Origin: Octopus vulgaris
Taxonomy: Eukaryota
NCBI GenBank assembly: GCA_951406725.2
Contig: OX597827.1
Span: 50,406,001 to 50,470,000 of the forward strand
DNA length: 64,000 nt
Direction: 5' to 3'
Shown here: positions 13,364 to 27,278 of the stretch, one piece after another
Position numbering within the stretch: position 1 is the first letter of the stretch
Layout: the number at the start of each line of letters is the position of its first letter
Translations under genes and position numbers: made by a program
Notes under the pieces: model-generated
Database searches by the model: none
What the model was told of the DNA's origin: nothing
What the model saw: the letters and a program-made list of their open reading frames with translations, nothing else

Positions 13364-14518
13364 TATAAACACATATTTTTATGTATATGTGGGTGAGTGT
13401 GTATATACATTATTTCTGTATTATTGTTTAAAATATGAAATCCCAAATTCTTAAATACACTGGAATTCTGAAAATGTTACTTCAAATACAACACGGAAAC
13501 TTTCTACTATAGACAAATGTTCACTATGCATTTATGTTTCCATTTCTTATTAGGTATATCATTTGGCATCATCATCATCATCATCATCACCATCAGTAGC
13601 AGCAACAGTACCCTTTAGATCCGTTTTTCTATGTTAGTTTGGTTTAGGACATAACTCGATGCTTGCGCACATCTACAGAGAAAACAAGACTTTGTTTTTT
13701 ATATTTCTGTGTCGGTTTCAGTTTTTTTTTTGTTGTTGTCAAAATTTAGTTCCGGTTGAATTGCATCGTGTAATAAGAGTTTGTCAAAAGAAGTCGCCTC
13801 ATGTTTAACCAGTCAATAACATCTATGTGATCGATGCAGAAAAATGAAAAGAAAAAAAGAATATCATGATATTATATTTTGCCTATTACATTACAGATCA
13901 ATTCTATTTAGTCATGAAAGTAATATCGAACTAGCCTACTATAATACATATCGAAATTTTTCTGGATGATATCCTGCAATCTGATTTATTCCTCTTATCT
14001 AACATCACTCTTATACAGTGCATCGATCATGTGCAAATTATTAAATTAATGCATGGTTAAAAAACGGTTATGAATTTCTTTTCTGTGTGAATCATAATGT
14101 GTATGTGTGTGTGTGTGTGTGTTTGATGTATTTGTAAGTATAAGTATTCAGTAATATGGCAACATATAAGATGGGACGGTCTCCCCCTTTCTATCTCCAC
14201 ATGATAACATTTGTAGCATTAATTTTCACTTTTCACAAAATAGATTCTACATACGCCTGCAGCTATAAAATGGGATGCACCTTAAATGTATGTAAATGAG
14301 TTTGAATGGTTGCAGCAAAAGCACAGCAGTAAAGGGAGAGAAGTGTAATTGAATCAGAGAATAAGAATTCCGCAAAGTATGGCAGACTGACCATGATGCA
14401 GCAAACAGCAGAGAAGTTTCGAATTGCATCGGAAGGCTCCATCATTAAATAGTTTGTACTAGTTACTAGTTTACATGATAAACATTATCAGATTTTTATG
14501 CATATATATATATGTATG

Positions 14519-14571
<53 letters not shown>

Positions 14572-14575
<4 letters not shown>

Positions 14576-15009
14576 TACATTTAAACGCAAGAGAAGCGAC
14601 CTTTAACAGGCAGCTTAACACGATAGAAGAAGCAGTCAAAACGACCAAACCACTTTTAAGGGCAATTTCGATGAAAAATAAAAGCTTTTACCTTGTTATT
14701 TTTTTACAGTCATACTTAGGTTTCGAATTTTATTTAGCAAATAAAATAATTTGCTAGGCGAAATTCTCATCAGTGACCGCGCCATAACATTAACATATAA
14801 TTTAGAGACAAATAATATGTAAAATTCGAAACCTAGGTATGACTGTAAAAAATAACAAGGTAAAAGTTTTTATTTGCCCTTAAATGTGGTTTTGGTCGTT
14901 TTGACTGCTTCTTCTAGCGTGTAAAGCTTCCTGTTAAAGATCTCGGAAATATGATATTGTCTGTATCTAAATATGTCGATACGACAGAAAAAATTGTCGA
15001 CTTTGTAAG

Positions 15010-15012
<3 letters not shown>
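14572..15012. mobile_element. Inverted pseudo-LTR pair (Penelope-like) in (TA)n
   Basis: 14601-14731 is the approximate reverse complement of 14821-14939; (TA)n on both flanks; contains a hammerhead. Confidence 0.75.
14707..14779 (-). ncRNA. Type I hammerhead ribozyme
   Basis: cggtca-CTGATGA-gaattt[tagcaaat..atttgcta]aaattc-GAAAC-ctaa-GTA-tgactg: intact core, stems I-III, GUA cleavage triplet. Confidence 0.85.
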
Positions 15013-15074
<62 letters not shown>

Positions 15075-15245
15075 TCCAATTTCCTCGAAACGCTCCTTAA
15101 TGATATTTGGATCTACTTGTGAGGAATTACCTTGGATGTGTTTTCTTTTTGCTTCTATTGCAAGCAAGCTAATCATATATATATATATATAATTATATAT
15201 TGGATATATATTATAACAATGTGTTTGCTTCTATTGCAATAATAT

Positions 15246-15289
<44 letters not shown>

Positions 15290-15331
15290 CAATGTGTCGT
15301 TACGTTCGAGTTCTAACGATCTATCATGGCG

Positions 15332-15372
<41 letters not shown>

Positions 15373-16116
15373 TTTGTTTAGGAAGATTTTTTATGTGAAA
15401 TCAAGAGTTGGAAGAAATGTTATTGCATGCAACTGAAATAGCATTTAATTAAAATAGCCATTTGCGTATCATACTTATCGTATATAGATTAGTTTATATA
15501 CATCACGATATATTGACATCTACATTAATATAATGCTGCTTCTATTGCTTACACTAAACTTTTATTCAGCCCAGAAAGTTTGAGCAATATAAGTGAATGT
15601 TTTATTGACTGTTTCATATGTATTAGATGGTAAACGCTCCTCTATACGTGCGACTAGTGAATTAATGTCGTTAAAAAGGTCCAAGAAGGTCGAAATGCGA
15701 AATGCTTGGACGCTGTTTCGCTCCGTTATAAATCTTGTATGAGTGCTTTTTCTTGTTCTTGTTTTAACATAGATTCTCTATCAGGCAAAATACATAGAAT
15801 CATTCATTTCAATGATATATATACGATAACGTTGATACATAGACGTCGTTGTATCTTGAGCTGGATATTTTGCCGAGAAGAAACACACACACACACAGGT
15901 TCTATTTCGCATTTTATTCTTATTAGTCAACTAATCAAGACATCGATTGCTTAATTAATCTTTGATTTGTAAATGAATTTGTAATAGTTCTTACCTCACC
16001 ATCCGAAACCTTGCCAATTACGTGCAACTCGCTTATAGCAGCTAGAAACCTAAACCAAGGCATATAATCACTAAATAAATCACTTAAATATAATCACTAA
16101 ATCGCCTAAATTTTAA

Positions 16117-16338
16117 AGCGGTGAGCTGGCAGAAACATTAGCACGCCGGGCGAGATGCTTAGCGGTATTTCGTTTACCGTTACGTTCTGAGTCCAAATTC
16201 CGCCGAGGTCGACTTTGCCTTTCATCCTTTGGGGGTCGATAAATAAAGTGCCAGTTTCGCACTGGGGTCGATGTAATCGACTTAATCCCTTTGTTTGTCC
16301 ACTCTATGTTTAGCCCCTTGTAGGGAAGTAAAGAAATA
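16117..16338 (+). mobile_element. Full-length SINE B
   Basis: Same head, core and tail as 4938-5172; tataatcactaaat repeated on both sides. Confidence 0.9.
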
Positions 16339-16562
16339 TATAATCACTAAATAGTAACATGCCATGGAATAGGCAACAAGCATACACATGCTGAAATGTC
16401 ATCCATCTGCCCCACAACAAGGACATAATCATTACGTAGAAGCAGTTTACAAACAATCATAACCTATAAAGCAACACTATCACGAGTTGGACAGACCAGA
16501 AACCACGTCAGCACTTGGTGGAACATTTGGAGGCAGATACATCACGCAGCACACTTACACAC

Positions 16563-16602
<40 letters not shown>

Positions 16603-17313
16603 CAAAAGTTGTACTAAAGAAATGCTACACTCGTGTTAAAATATATTTGATAGCTTTTATTCACTCTCTAACTCAATCTCTCTTACTTTCTCTCTTTACA
16701 CTTCCTCTCTCTGTCTCCCTTTCTCTCCCTTACATTCTCTCCCTTGCTCTCCCTTGCTCTCCCTCTGTTCATCATTTTATCTTTTGCAATTCCATTAAGA
16801 GAATAATTATTTTCAGCACTGTCAACGAACTAAATTTTCAACGAGTCTTCTTTTGCATATTCCAAAACTTAGCTTCCATTATCAAAACCTTCAAAAACTG
16901 ACACAGTTAAATTAAAATTCCATCAAACGCAATAAAAAAAAGCGAAATATACAAGCACATACACAGACATATACACAGACATATACACATGCGTACACAC
17001 ACACACACGCACGAGTGCGCGCGCGCACGCACATACACGTGTTCATATACGTGCACCAAAATTTTGAGCTCTTAAAGATAATTAGAAGGTCACAAATCAC
17101 GCATCAATATAACCTCCCACAATGTACCCAGCTGCCTTTAAATACATAAACCAATATATCAACATCACCCAAATATATATGCATCTCCATATTTCTATAT
17201 GCCTATGTCTCTACATATACGTATAATCCAGTCCGTTGGTGTATTTATTCCTACATCTGAAATGATTTATCTATGAAGAAATATATAGATATAGATATAT
17301 TATCTTCATAATT

Positions 17314-17382
<69 letters not shown>

Positions 17383-17385
<3 letters not shown>

Positions 17386-17545
17386 CTCCGTCTTCCCTTC
17401 TTTGGATCTTTCCTTTTCTTATGTTTCTGACGAAGAGCTCCGCTCGAAACGTTAAACCCTCCGTCTTTCCTGAGCGTCCAATAACACTATACTTGTTCCA
17501 CGTTGTTGTGTTTTCTCTTTGTGTTTTCTTATTTGGATTAACTTA
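17383..17545 (+). mobile_element. Penelope-like pseudo-LTR with minimal hammerhead (17423-17457)
   Basis: gttt-CTGACGA-a-gagc-tcc-gctc-GAAAC-GTT-aaac; flanked by (TA)n; relative on the minus strand at 33522-33725. Confidence 0.8.
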
Positions 17546-17599
17546 TATATATTCCTAAGTTATAATTCTCACTTCACCATTTTCGAAATAATTCGATGT

Positions 17600-17990
17600 T
17601 TCCTATGGTGTGCTCTATGAGGCTGACAGGGAGACTTAGGTTCTTTAGCCCTCGGTGACGGAGTAATGGGTCACTGATGAAGATTGATGAAGATTGATTA
17701 AACTTGAAATCAACGCTGATATGATTCCATCTCGCTTGTCGTAGCGAGGTAGCGTGTCTCCCTTGTCAGCCGTAATAAAATTGCTCTTACCTGGATAAGA
17801 GTTGTTTTGACACTTATTTATAGAAACGCTGGTGCTTACCATCACCCTCCGTCACTATAGTGACGACTAAACTCGTTACCTATCGGTTCTAAATTGCGAA
17901 TAGTTACCTGGTGACGAGAAATAGGTTCTTTATAAAAATGTCAAGCACCGAAGACATTAGGATCACCTAAGGCGTTGTTACCTGTTTGGT
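17600..17990 (-). mobile_element. Possible degraded Penelope-like RT fragment
   Basis: FITADKGDTL resembles the PLE RT (K/P)ADKG motif; lies next to a pLTR. Confidence 0.35.
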
Positions 17991-17999
17991 GGGATATGT

Positions 18000-18516
18000 A
18001 AGTTTTAATCCACTTTGAACTTTTAAACCCAAACCGAACGATAACAAAGGAGAACTACTGCGAGCAGCTAGAGCGGCTTAAGTCAGCGCAAGAAGAAAAA
18101 CGACCATCTTTAGTTTCAAGTTGAAAGGCGTTCTTCCATCAGGATAATGCTTAGCCACATACAGCTAGGATGATATTCCAATGACTGGAGCAGTTTGAAT
18201 GGGAAACGATGATTCACCCGCCATATTCGCTGGATATTGCCTCATCTGATTATTATTTGTTCCGCAGCCTTTAAAGTCATTAGGACAGAAAAATATGAAT
18301 CCTGTAGATGAGGTCAGAACAGTACTGGGGGAGTATTTTTCGTTATGGACAAATGAATTTTGGAAGAGGAACCTTGCAAGTCTACCAGATAGATGGAAGA
18401 GCATTGGAGAAAATGAAGGAGAGTATTTTTAGATTGAAAAAGAACTCTGTTTATCTTAATTTTGAAAATAAAAGGAGTATTTAAAAAAAAACGCATTATT
18501 TATGGTATGACCCACT
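18000..18516 (+). mobile_element. 3' half of a mariner (separate family)
   Basis: TITKENYCEQLERLK, FFHQDNA*PHTA, WETMIHPPYSLDIASSDYYLFRSL; TIR-like cgcattatttatggtatgacccac followed by TA. Confidence 0.88.
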
Positions 18517-18571
18517 ATATATATATATGTGTGTATGTATGTGTGTGTGTTAGTGCGTGTGTGTGTGAGTA

Positions 18572-18635
<64 letters not shown>

Positions 18636-18729
18636 CGAGGTGGTACCAAAGGGTTCCCGGACTAGTTATATTTAATAAAAAAAATACTTATTTACTTAAG
18701 TTTTAACATCATTTCCTTTGAAATAGTCC
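18636..18729 (-). mobile_element. Mariner 3' terminus, same family as 26597-27723
   Basis: TA then cgaggtggtaccaaagggttcccggactag...; matches 26597-26690. Confidence 0.8.
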
Positions 18730-18733
18730 TCCT

Positions 18734-18890
18734 GGAGCAGTTGGCGTTAGGAAGGGCATCCAGACGTAGAAACCATGCCAAATCAGACTGGAACCTGGTG
18801 CAGCTCTGCAAGTTATCAGCTCCAGTCAAACCGTCTAACTCTTGCCAACATGGAGAGTGGACGTTAAATAATGATGATGATAATGATGAT
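18734..18890 (+). mobile_element. 3' end of a SINE/LINE with (GAT)n tail
   Basis: gttggcgttaggaagggcatccag..gtagaaacc...ggacgttaaa(tga)n. Confidence 0.7.
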
Positions 18891-19389
18891 GCACCTTGAC
18901 AAAGCTTAGTACACGCCAGCAAATGGATTTTTGATAGTTACATATAAGAACGGCCGTTCTTTGTGGGCTGTGAACGACCAAATTGATGTCTATAATTGAT
19001 GGAGCATAGCCACGACGCTATGACATTTTCTTAATGTTTGTTGATGTCACTTGCAACCCATTTGTGCTTATCTATATATGAACTATAAGAAGAATTCATC
19101 AAGCTAGGCGAAACTTTTCTTACATTTAAGCATGTTAAATCTACGCAGCTTCTTTTAATCTTCACTGCTAATTGTACCTTCACTAAATACACACATACGC
19201 GTGCACACACACGTGTGCATGTGCGAGTATACATGCATATATTTTTATATTTATACATACTTATATATCCACATATGTAAACATATATATATATATATAT
19301 ATGCACACGTGTACACGTGTATATATGTGTATGTGAGAGATTGTGTCTGTGTGCGTGCATGTATGATGTATGTGTGTGTGAGTATGTGT

Positions 19390-19468
<79 letters not shown>

Positions 19469-19634
19469 TATTTATCAATTATCTCTCGTCATTCTTTGCA
19501 CTTCATTTTCATCACTGTTCCTCTCTCTGTTCGCTTCATTCTATCGCGTTTTTCAGAAATTGCGTGCCCCGATCGTTTCACTGACGCATAAGCACACACA
19601 TGTTCACACATATAGACATACGTACACACAGAGG

Positions 19635-19688
<54 letters not shown>

Positions 19689-19892
19689 TACGCACATTAA
19701 CACAGGCAATCGGTACTTTACCCAATAGCTGAAGCTCTCTTCACACTAACTCTTACTATTTAATTCTGACTTACGATATTCCTTAGAGATAACTCAAAAG
19801 ACTTCCAAGAAAATTATCGTTTGAAGCATCATGAGGGGAAACAAGCAGTCAGCCAAATATTGAAATATGAACAACTTTTCAATGCCCGAATC

Positions 19893-19926
<34 letters not shown>

Positions 19927-22019
19927 TCTATATATATACATAAATATGTGTATGTATGTATAAATATATATATATATATATATATATTACGTGTATTGGA
20001 AGAAGACGTTGTTGCGTGCCTAAAATGCAATACCTAATTATGAAATCATTATTAGTATATTCCCAAGGTTAATAGGATGCTATGAATTCATCTTGAATAT
20101 CAACACCAAATACATTGTCATTTAAGATAACGAGCCACTAAAGGACCCTGTACGTGGCCGCTTGAAGTGGTAGAAATAGCAAAGAAATTTTCTTTCAAAG
20201 ATACCCTATCGTCTTAAAAAAAGAGAAACTCATTTTGTAATGTTGTCTAGGAGTTTATTGTATAATACACTATATATAAATGGATACTGGAATGGTCACA
20301 GCTCAGATCTTACCTGATGCAACATTTAAGATAATGGTGCATTTTTCCTTTGTCATTGAAATGAATATAAAAAGAATATTCGATGCAATAAAAGTGGTCA
20401 TTTTAAGAACTCTGAATGATGTCGGGTAGATCACATGTTTGTTGAAAGAAAAATTTGGGTGATTTGCATCTTTACATCATTTCTGGAAACAAATAAACCG
20501 GCGCCTTTAAATTAAGATGAGCTATTCTTGGTTGGATCAATAAACCAAATGTGCAAGATTCCTTCTCCTGCAATATACTATCGATTATTGTGGGCGTAAA
20601 AATTATCGATTGGCAATCTTAAGTAACTCAGCCAGCCTTCTTACATGTTCTTACATGTCATTACGTTGTAAATTGTGAAAAGATATATTTATCAAAGATG
20701 AACATAGTAATGTAAGGACTTAGTAATGTAAGGATATATCAAGGTTCTTGTTGTTGGTTATCGATATATAAACGACCGGATTATAACGAGTTCGTTATCA
20801 CACAAGGATCACCGCAGTTACTTCTTTCCCATCACATCTTTCTTGCTTTCTTGCTTATAAATTCAATCAAACAGGAACACGAACGCTTTTCACTGGCCAA
20901 ATGAAAGCATGCGTTCTGTAAAGGATCACACTTACTGAAAAAGGAAAATTATTCGAGACATATATAGGTGTGTGTAGAAATTAATCACTCAATCAAGAAG
21001 TAAACATATATACATACATGCACACACATACACACACGCATACACGCACACACATACATACATACATACATAAACACACATACATACATACACACATGTA
21101 TGCAAACATTCAAAACGGCTAGTCACGTATTTGGCGTGAGAGACTATTTATCGAAAATATCTCCAACTTTGGAGCCACAACTATCAGCCTTGTTAAATAA
21201 CTGGTTAATCACGTCTACTCCATATATAACATAGCAATCATTAACGAAAAATTGCTTTTTGATCCCAAGTAATTCCATATTGTTTAATATATAGTGGAAA
21301 TTATTTTTGAATTTTACGTAGAAGAAAGTAACCTCGACAATTCTTAACACTAATTCAGTATTTAAAGTAGTAACGATACTGATTTTTTTCCCTTTAAACC
21401 TTTTCAAACCCAAGAATATTCTCAATTAGATTTTCCATTGGGATCATGTATTCGTTAAACGTCCTAATCTCATTCTTCTTAAGCTCAGATTTTGGATCTC
21501 TCAATTGTTTGTTATTTTCACATTTTACATTTTTATATCTTTATATGCTATATTCTAGTATATTTTATCATTTTTTTACCTGAACTGTCTCTGTAATCAT
21601 TTATAAACTCTACAATCTTGGTTTTTAAAACCAGTGAAAGCTTTACCGTCTTTACAAATTTTCTTTAGATATTTTCATAAAAACTCCTGTTAAACTGTGA
21701 ATTTAAAATTTTATACCATTGCTTTTAAATTCAGAAGTTAATATTTAAACTTAACTATTTAAAACATAACTATCTAAAATGTTATGTGCGTACTTCATCA
21801 ATGAAATTTTTTTAGAAATCGCTATAGATTTCTCCTTAATTTTCGATTTTTATTTCTCTCAAATATTTTAAATTTTCAGTTTTTTTTAATCCTCTAAAAT
21901 TTTAATTATAAGCTTCCATTCTAATTTTTTTATTATTATTTTATCTATAAGATATCTTCATTCTTCATACTCTCAACTAGATACGAATATGAACCGCTGA
22001 TTGCAATGCTTTTTGTCAA

Positions 22020-22330
22020 CAGAGAACACCTCTTCCTTTCTATTCACAATACTTGCGATTCACTAATTCACCTGTGTAAGGGGACTTTGAGATACTGCGG
22101 TGTTTCGTGCTTATGCGTATTCTCAACCAAAACTACTCCGCCAGGTTAGGTATGGTCTTGTCCTTTCCCTCCATTTTTCTGAGGTATTGCCCATGCGGCG
22201 TTTTCATTTTGCAGTTGTTTAATCTTTGTTCTCCATCTTGTTTCTTAAATGTTTTTGGGTGTATCAAATTTTCATTGGCTGCTGTTATTTCTAACAGCAG
22301 CAAGCAAACGTAAGGGTACTTATTTGTACT
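22020..22330 (-). mobile_element. R4/Dong-like LINE fragment (post-RT region)
   Basis: RLNNCKMKTPHGQYLRKMEGKDK resembles WKxKPLHGQYLR; CSLLTK resembles CSxLAQKEY. Confidence 0.55.
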
Positions 22331-22349
22331 CATGATTTTTGCTTCGGCT

Positions 22350-22705
22350 TTTTTTCCATGGGCGCATGTAAGTATTTCATTTATTTCTATTCGTATTTTC
22401 TACTGACGAGGAAAAAATCTATTATAAGATTAATTCCGAAATTGATTCAATATAGAAATAACGAACATTTAAAAAAAATTCTGTTGGCTAGCTTTCCTCG
22501 ATTTCAGCACAACGTATTTCTGTAGTGGGTATATAATATGTGGAAATTGGCGATTTAAAAGTCTGTTATCAGCATATTGGCATAGAAATAATTTTCTTTT
22601 GCCCTTGTTTATAAGGTGTTTATAATTTTAACCTTAAAGGTATTTTTGTATGCTGCCACTTTTCTTGATGAATTTTTTTCTGTAAAAAGCTTCATCCTAA
22701 TTAGT
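22350..22705 (+). mobile_element. Diverged family G pseudo-LTR
   Basis: Colinear with 57818-58047 plus 58548-58635 (taagtatttcatt..., aaccttaaaggtattttt...). Confidence 0.7.
22397..22458 (+). ncRNA. Type I hammerhead ribozyme
   Basis: tttcta-CTGACGA-ggaa[aatct..agatt]ttcc-GAAA-ttg-att-caat-A-tagaaa; all three stems pair, AUA triplet. Confidence 0.82.
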
Positions 22706-22710
22706 AGTAT

Positions 22711-23060
<350 letters not shown>

Positions 23061-23156
23061 TAAATATATTCCTATATATTTATACAAATATCTAATCTAT
23101 AAATTTTATGTGGCGTAAACAACAACAGCAGCATCAAGTATGTGTATGCTTAGCAG

Positions 23157-23223
<67 letters not shown>

Positions 23224-23284
23224 GATGGGGGAGAGAACACAAAATAAATCAGCATGATTTTAGATCAGAAACTTGACGCAGATT

Positions 23285-24047
23285 ATTATTCAAATTCCTC
23301 CATGGTCGACTTTACATTTCATCATTTTGGGGCCGATAAAATAAGTACCAGTTGATTGCAGGGGTCCTTGTAATCGACTTACCATCTCACCCGAAGTACC
23401 AAAATTAGAAACCATTATCATTATTATGGCAGAATCATTAGCACGCCGGGCGAAATGCTTAGCAGTATTTCATCTGTCGCTACGTTCTGAGTTCAAATTC
23501 TGTCGAGGTCCACTTTGCCTTTTATACTTTCAGGGTCGATGAAATAAGTGTCAGTTATGTATTGGGGTCGATGTAATCGACTAGCCCCCTTCGCCAAAAT
23601 TTCAAGCCTTACCCCTATAGAAGAAGTGATTATTATGATTATTAAGTCGGAGAGCTGGTAGAATCGTTCGCACGCCAGAAAAATTCTTAACGGTATTTCG
23701 TCTGCCGCTACGTTCTGAGTTCAAATTCCGCCGAGGTAGACTTTGCCTTTCATCCTTTCGGGGTCGATTAAATAAGTACCAGTTACGCACTGGGGCCTAT
23801 ATAATCGACTTAATCCGTGTGTCTCTCCTTGTTTGTTCTCTCTGTGTTCAGCCCCTTGTGGGTAGTAAAGAAATAGGCATTTCGTCCGTCTTTACGTTCT
23901 GAGTTCAAATGCCACCGAGGTCGATTTTGCCTTTCATCCTTTCGGGGTCGATAAAATAAGTACCAGTTGAACACTGGGGTCGATCTAATTGACTCATATC
24001 CTTCCCCAAAATTACTGCCCTTGTGGCAAAAATTTGAAACCATTATT

Positions 24048-24050
<3 letters not shown>
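23285..24050 (+). mobile_element. Tandem stack of SINE A copies ending in an A/B composite (23646-24050)
   Basis: Four Meta-like cores; successive copies begin in the (att)n tail of the previous one. Confidence 0.88.
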
Positions 24051-24082
<32 letters not shown>

Positions 24083-24169
24083 CGTTGTCGTCATCGTCGT
24101 TGTTGCTGCCGCTGCTGTTGTTGTTGTTATTTCATATAGGCCTAAACAGATCAAACTGTTGAAAAGAAA

Positions 24170-25375
24170 AATTCCTCACATCTGGCTACAACAAGTAACA
24201 TTAGATGCCAAGAACCTTCCTAAATATCCTAGCTATCCTTAATAACACTGTTTCCTGTAGCTGCACTAAACTAGATTTTATGCCTATTACCTCTATACAC
24301 CTGTTCAAATCTTTATGGTTAGTTTCTAATGCATCTAGAATTACAGCGATGCATTTTACCTACTCTTTCCATGACCTCTGTAACTTATATTGACTTTCTC
24401 ATCATTTGGGACTGTAAAGTCAATTACATGGCACTTTCTATTCTCTTTGTCAGGCGTTCTAGCTTCTATTACACTGTCACTCTATAGTTAAAATCTCACA
24501 TTATCTTATATTTCTTACTTTCGAGCACTTTACTAGGTTCACAGATTATTTTCCCAAGTTTGTTATATCTTTCTTTCTTTGTATTCTTTCTGTGCCAGCA
24601 TACTACATTCACTTACTATATGAGTAACACTTTCCTCCTTTGATTTATATAACCTACATAGAGAATCTACCTCGTTTTTGTCTGTCTTGGCTTTTATTCA
24701 ATTAGTCCTCAATGTTTGATCTTTTGCTGCAAATAACAAACTTTCTGTACCCCTTTTCAGCCTTCCTTTCTGCAACTATAACCATGTCTCACTATTACTA
24801 TTCCCGGCTACAGCAGTGTTTGGTAATTACCATGCAAAGCCTTCTCTTGCCAGTCAGATAGTCCTCTACCTCGTTTCTTGTTAGTCAGTGGTACTTTTTG
24901 GGTTGTATGCGCTTTGCATTGTGAACAACTTTTAGGTTTTTCTACCCAAATTCTGTGGCTCGACCATTGTCCTTTCCAGGAAGGAAGCCGGGTATCTTAA
25001 TACTGACATAGCCCATATATTTAATGCTTTAAGGATATTCCGTCAATTTTATTTCGAACACTTTCCCAATTCTCCTCTTGTAATCTTCAGAGATTTCCCT
25101 CAATTTTCTTCATCCATTATCCTATTGTCTTGCAGCACTGGTTGGTATTTGTATTCCTAATTATTCCACAGCAATCTCGTGATATTGTCTTGTGGTAGTT
25201 TTATTCCATCAAAATTTATCTTCTGGCCTCTCCTCATAATTAGTACTGCGCACTTATTTAGCCAAACTACATTTCAATATCCATACCGATTGTTTAGGTC
25301 AGAGGATCCAGGTCTTTCTGACTTTGTGTATATAGCTTGAGGTCATCCACAAATCAGGTGATTTATTTGCACATT
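24170..25375 (-). mobile_element. R4/Dong-type (RLE) non-LTR retrotransposon remnant: RT, CCHC, endonuclease
   Basis: FVDDLKLYT, NKCAVLIMRRG, ILKALNIWAMSVLRY, LQKGRLKRGTESLLFAAKDQTLRTN, ESVTHIVSECSMLAQKEYK, VIDFTVPND. Confidence 0.85.
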
Positions 25376-26932
25376 GATTTTGGTAAATTGTTGTTGTTGT
25401 CGTGGCTCCTGCTATTTCTAATATTATTTTTATCGTTTTCCATTGTTTTTATTAATGGCTTTGGTATGATAACTGGTATTAAAATTGATATTATTTGTGT
25501 TCTTTTCTGTTTCTCCCAATACAAACAATGCTAAATGCCTTTTCAGCATATTATATATAATAGCAAAGTTTGATAATTATCTGATGAAATGCCACACCTC
25601 AATGTTTAACCACGGGCAAACTTATACAAGTCTCTATCTTACATAATAATTTAGATGTAATGTACTACGAAAAACTGTTACCAATGTTAAACTTATCAAT
25701 ATCTGTATCTTCTTCCTTTTCATAAATATATGTGTGTATGTGTGTGTTACTGTGTATTTGTGTGTGTGTGTGTGTGTGTGTGCAAATATACAGACATTTT
25801 CTAAATACTCATCAGAAGAGAGTTCCTTTGAAATAAACGTTATAAAGCCAAGCACGATGGAAAATCAGGCAAACTGGTACTTACTCAATAATTTTAGTTT
25901 TATGAAGGATAGAAGCTCTAAATTCTGTTTTCTGATTCAAACCATACCTGTTTTGGGTCGAAATTCTTTTATTCTCCGCAAAACAAATTTAACACCACAT
26001 TTTTTTTCATCTGAATTTACCAGTCCTCTATGGTTGTGCTTTACAGTCAAGCAAGTGATTTCGAATGAGTCGCTTCTCATAATCGTATATATGTGAATCT
26101 ATATGCTGTGCATGTTTGCGCGTAAGTGAATATATAAGAATGTAATTAAGGTATATCCATTTATTTTGTTAGTGATGACTAGAAGTTCCTCAAGTATGTT
26201 GTAGTTTATCGGAATATAAGTCCTGTGAACAGCAATTCTAGTCCTGTGGTAGCAATAAAATGTGATTTATTGGGTTGTTAAGCTAATACTTCACATTTAC
26301 TACTTACTTCATCTCTTTGGGATTGTTCACGATTTAAACTTACGGAATCTCAACAACCTACAGAAATTTTTTCGTGCCAATTGTATTCAGGTTCACTTTT
26401 GTCAGTCATTAAAGAAACCGTTTTAGCTTTCACGGTATAATGCGGAAGTAGTCTTCTAAAAAGTCGCTTTCAACGAAGGTCTCGTTAATTACAGTCGAGA
26501 GTTATGCAATTCTGCCCGTGCTTATGACACATCTCGCATATCCCTTTCTTACACGTGTCCTATAAATATTTTAAGCATGGCTCACGTTAATATAAACGTA
26601 GTGGTATCAAAAGGTTCCCGGACTAGCCATGTTTAATAAAAAAATATCTTACCTAAGTTTTAACATCATCTCCTTCGAAATAGTTACCTTGCGCAGCAAT
26701 ACATTGGTCCCACATTTGGAATCCAACCTGGAAGGCGATTTCCGTAAGCGAGTCGAGGACCTTTTGCGATACGTCCTGAATCTCGGCAACAGTGTTTTTG
26801 GCGAGAAACTCTCGACTGAGGAGATGTCGGTGATAGGGTACATTGTCATCGTGAAGAATCCAATTATTCACGCTCCTCACATCAGGTCGCTCTCGCCAAA
26901 TGACCTCCCCCAAACGCTTCAAAACGCCGATG

Positions 26933-27087
26933 TTGCTCTTTAGACACGAGACAATTCCAATCAACCAGACGTACGATAAAAGGTATCCCAGCCAAGTGCA
27001 GTCTCGGACTACGTTATGCATTTTTGGAGAAACGGCTGCTATATCTAGCGCGTAGAATGACAAAATAGAGACATTTTCATTGAATAG
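26933..27087 (-). mobile_element. Family H element (young copy)
   Basis: Near-identical reverse complement of 30778-30936. Confidence 0.85.
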
Positions 27088-27278
27088 CTTCTTCTTCTTC
27101 TTCTTCTTCTTCTTCTTCTTCTTCTTCTTCTTCTTCTTCTTCTTCTTCTTCTTCTTCTTCTTCTTCTTCTTCTTCTTCTTCTTCTTCTTCTTCTTCTTCT
27201 TCTTCTTCTTCTTCTTCTTCTTCTTCTTCTTCTTCTTCTTTTTCTTCTTCTTTTTCTTCTTCTTCTTCTTCTTCTTCT
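27087..27278. repeat. Nearly pure (CTT/GAA)n tract, about 190 bp
   Basis: Directly visible. Confidence 0.98.
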
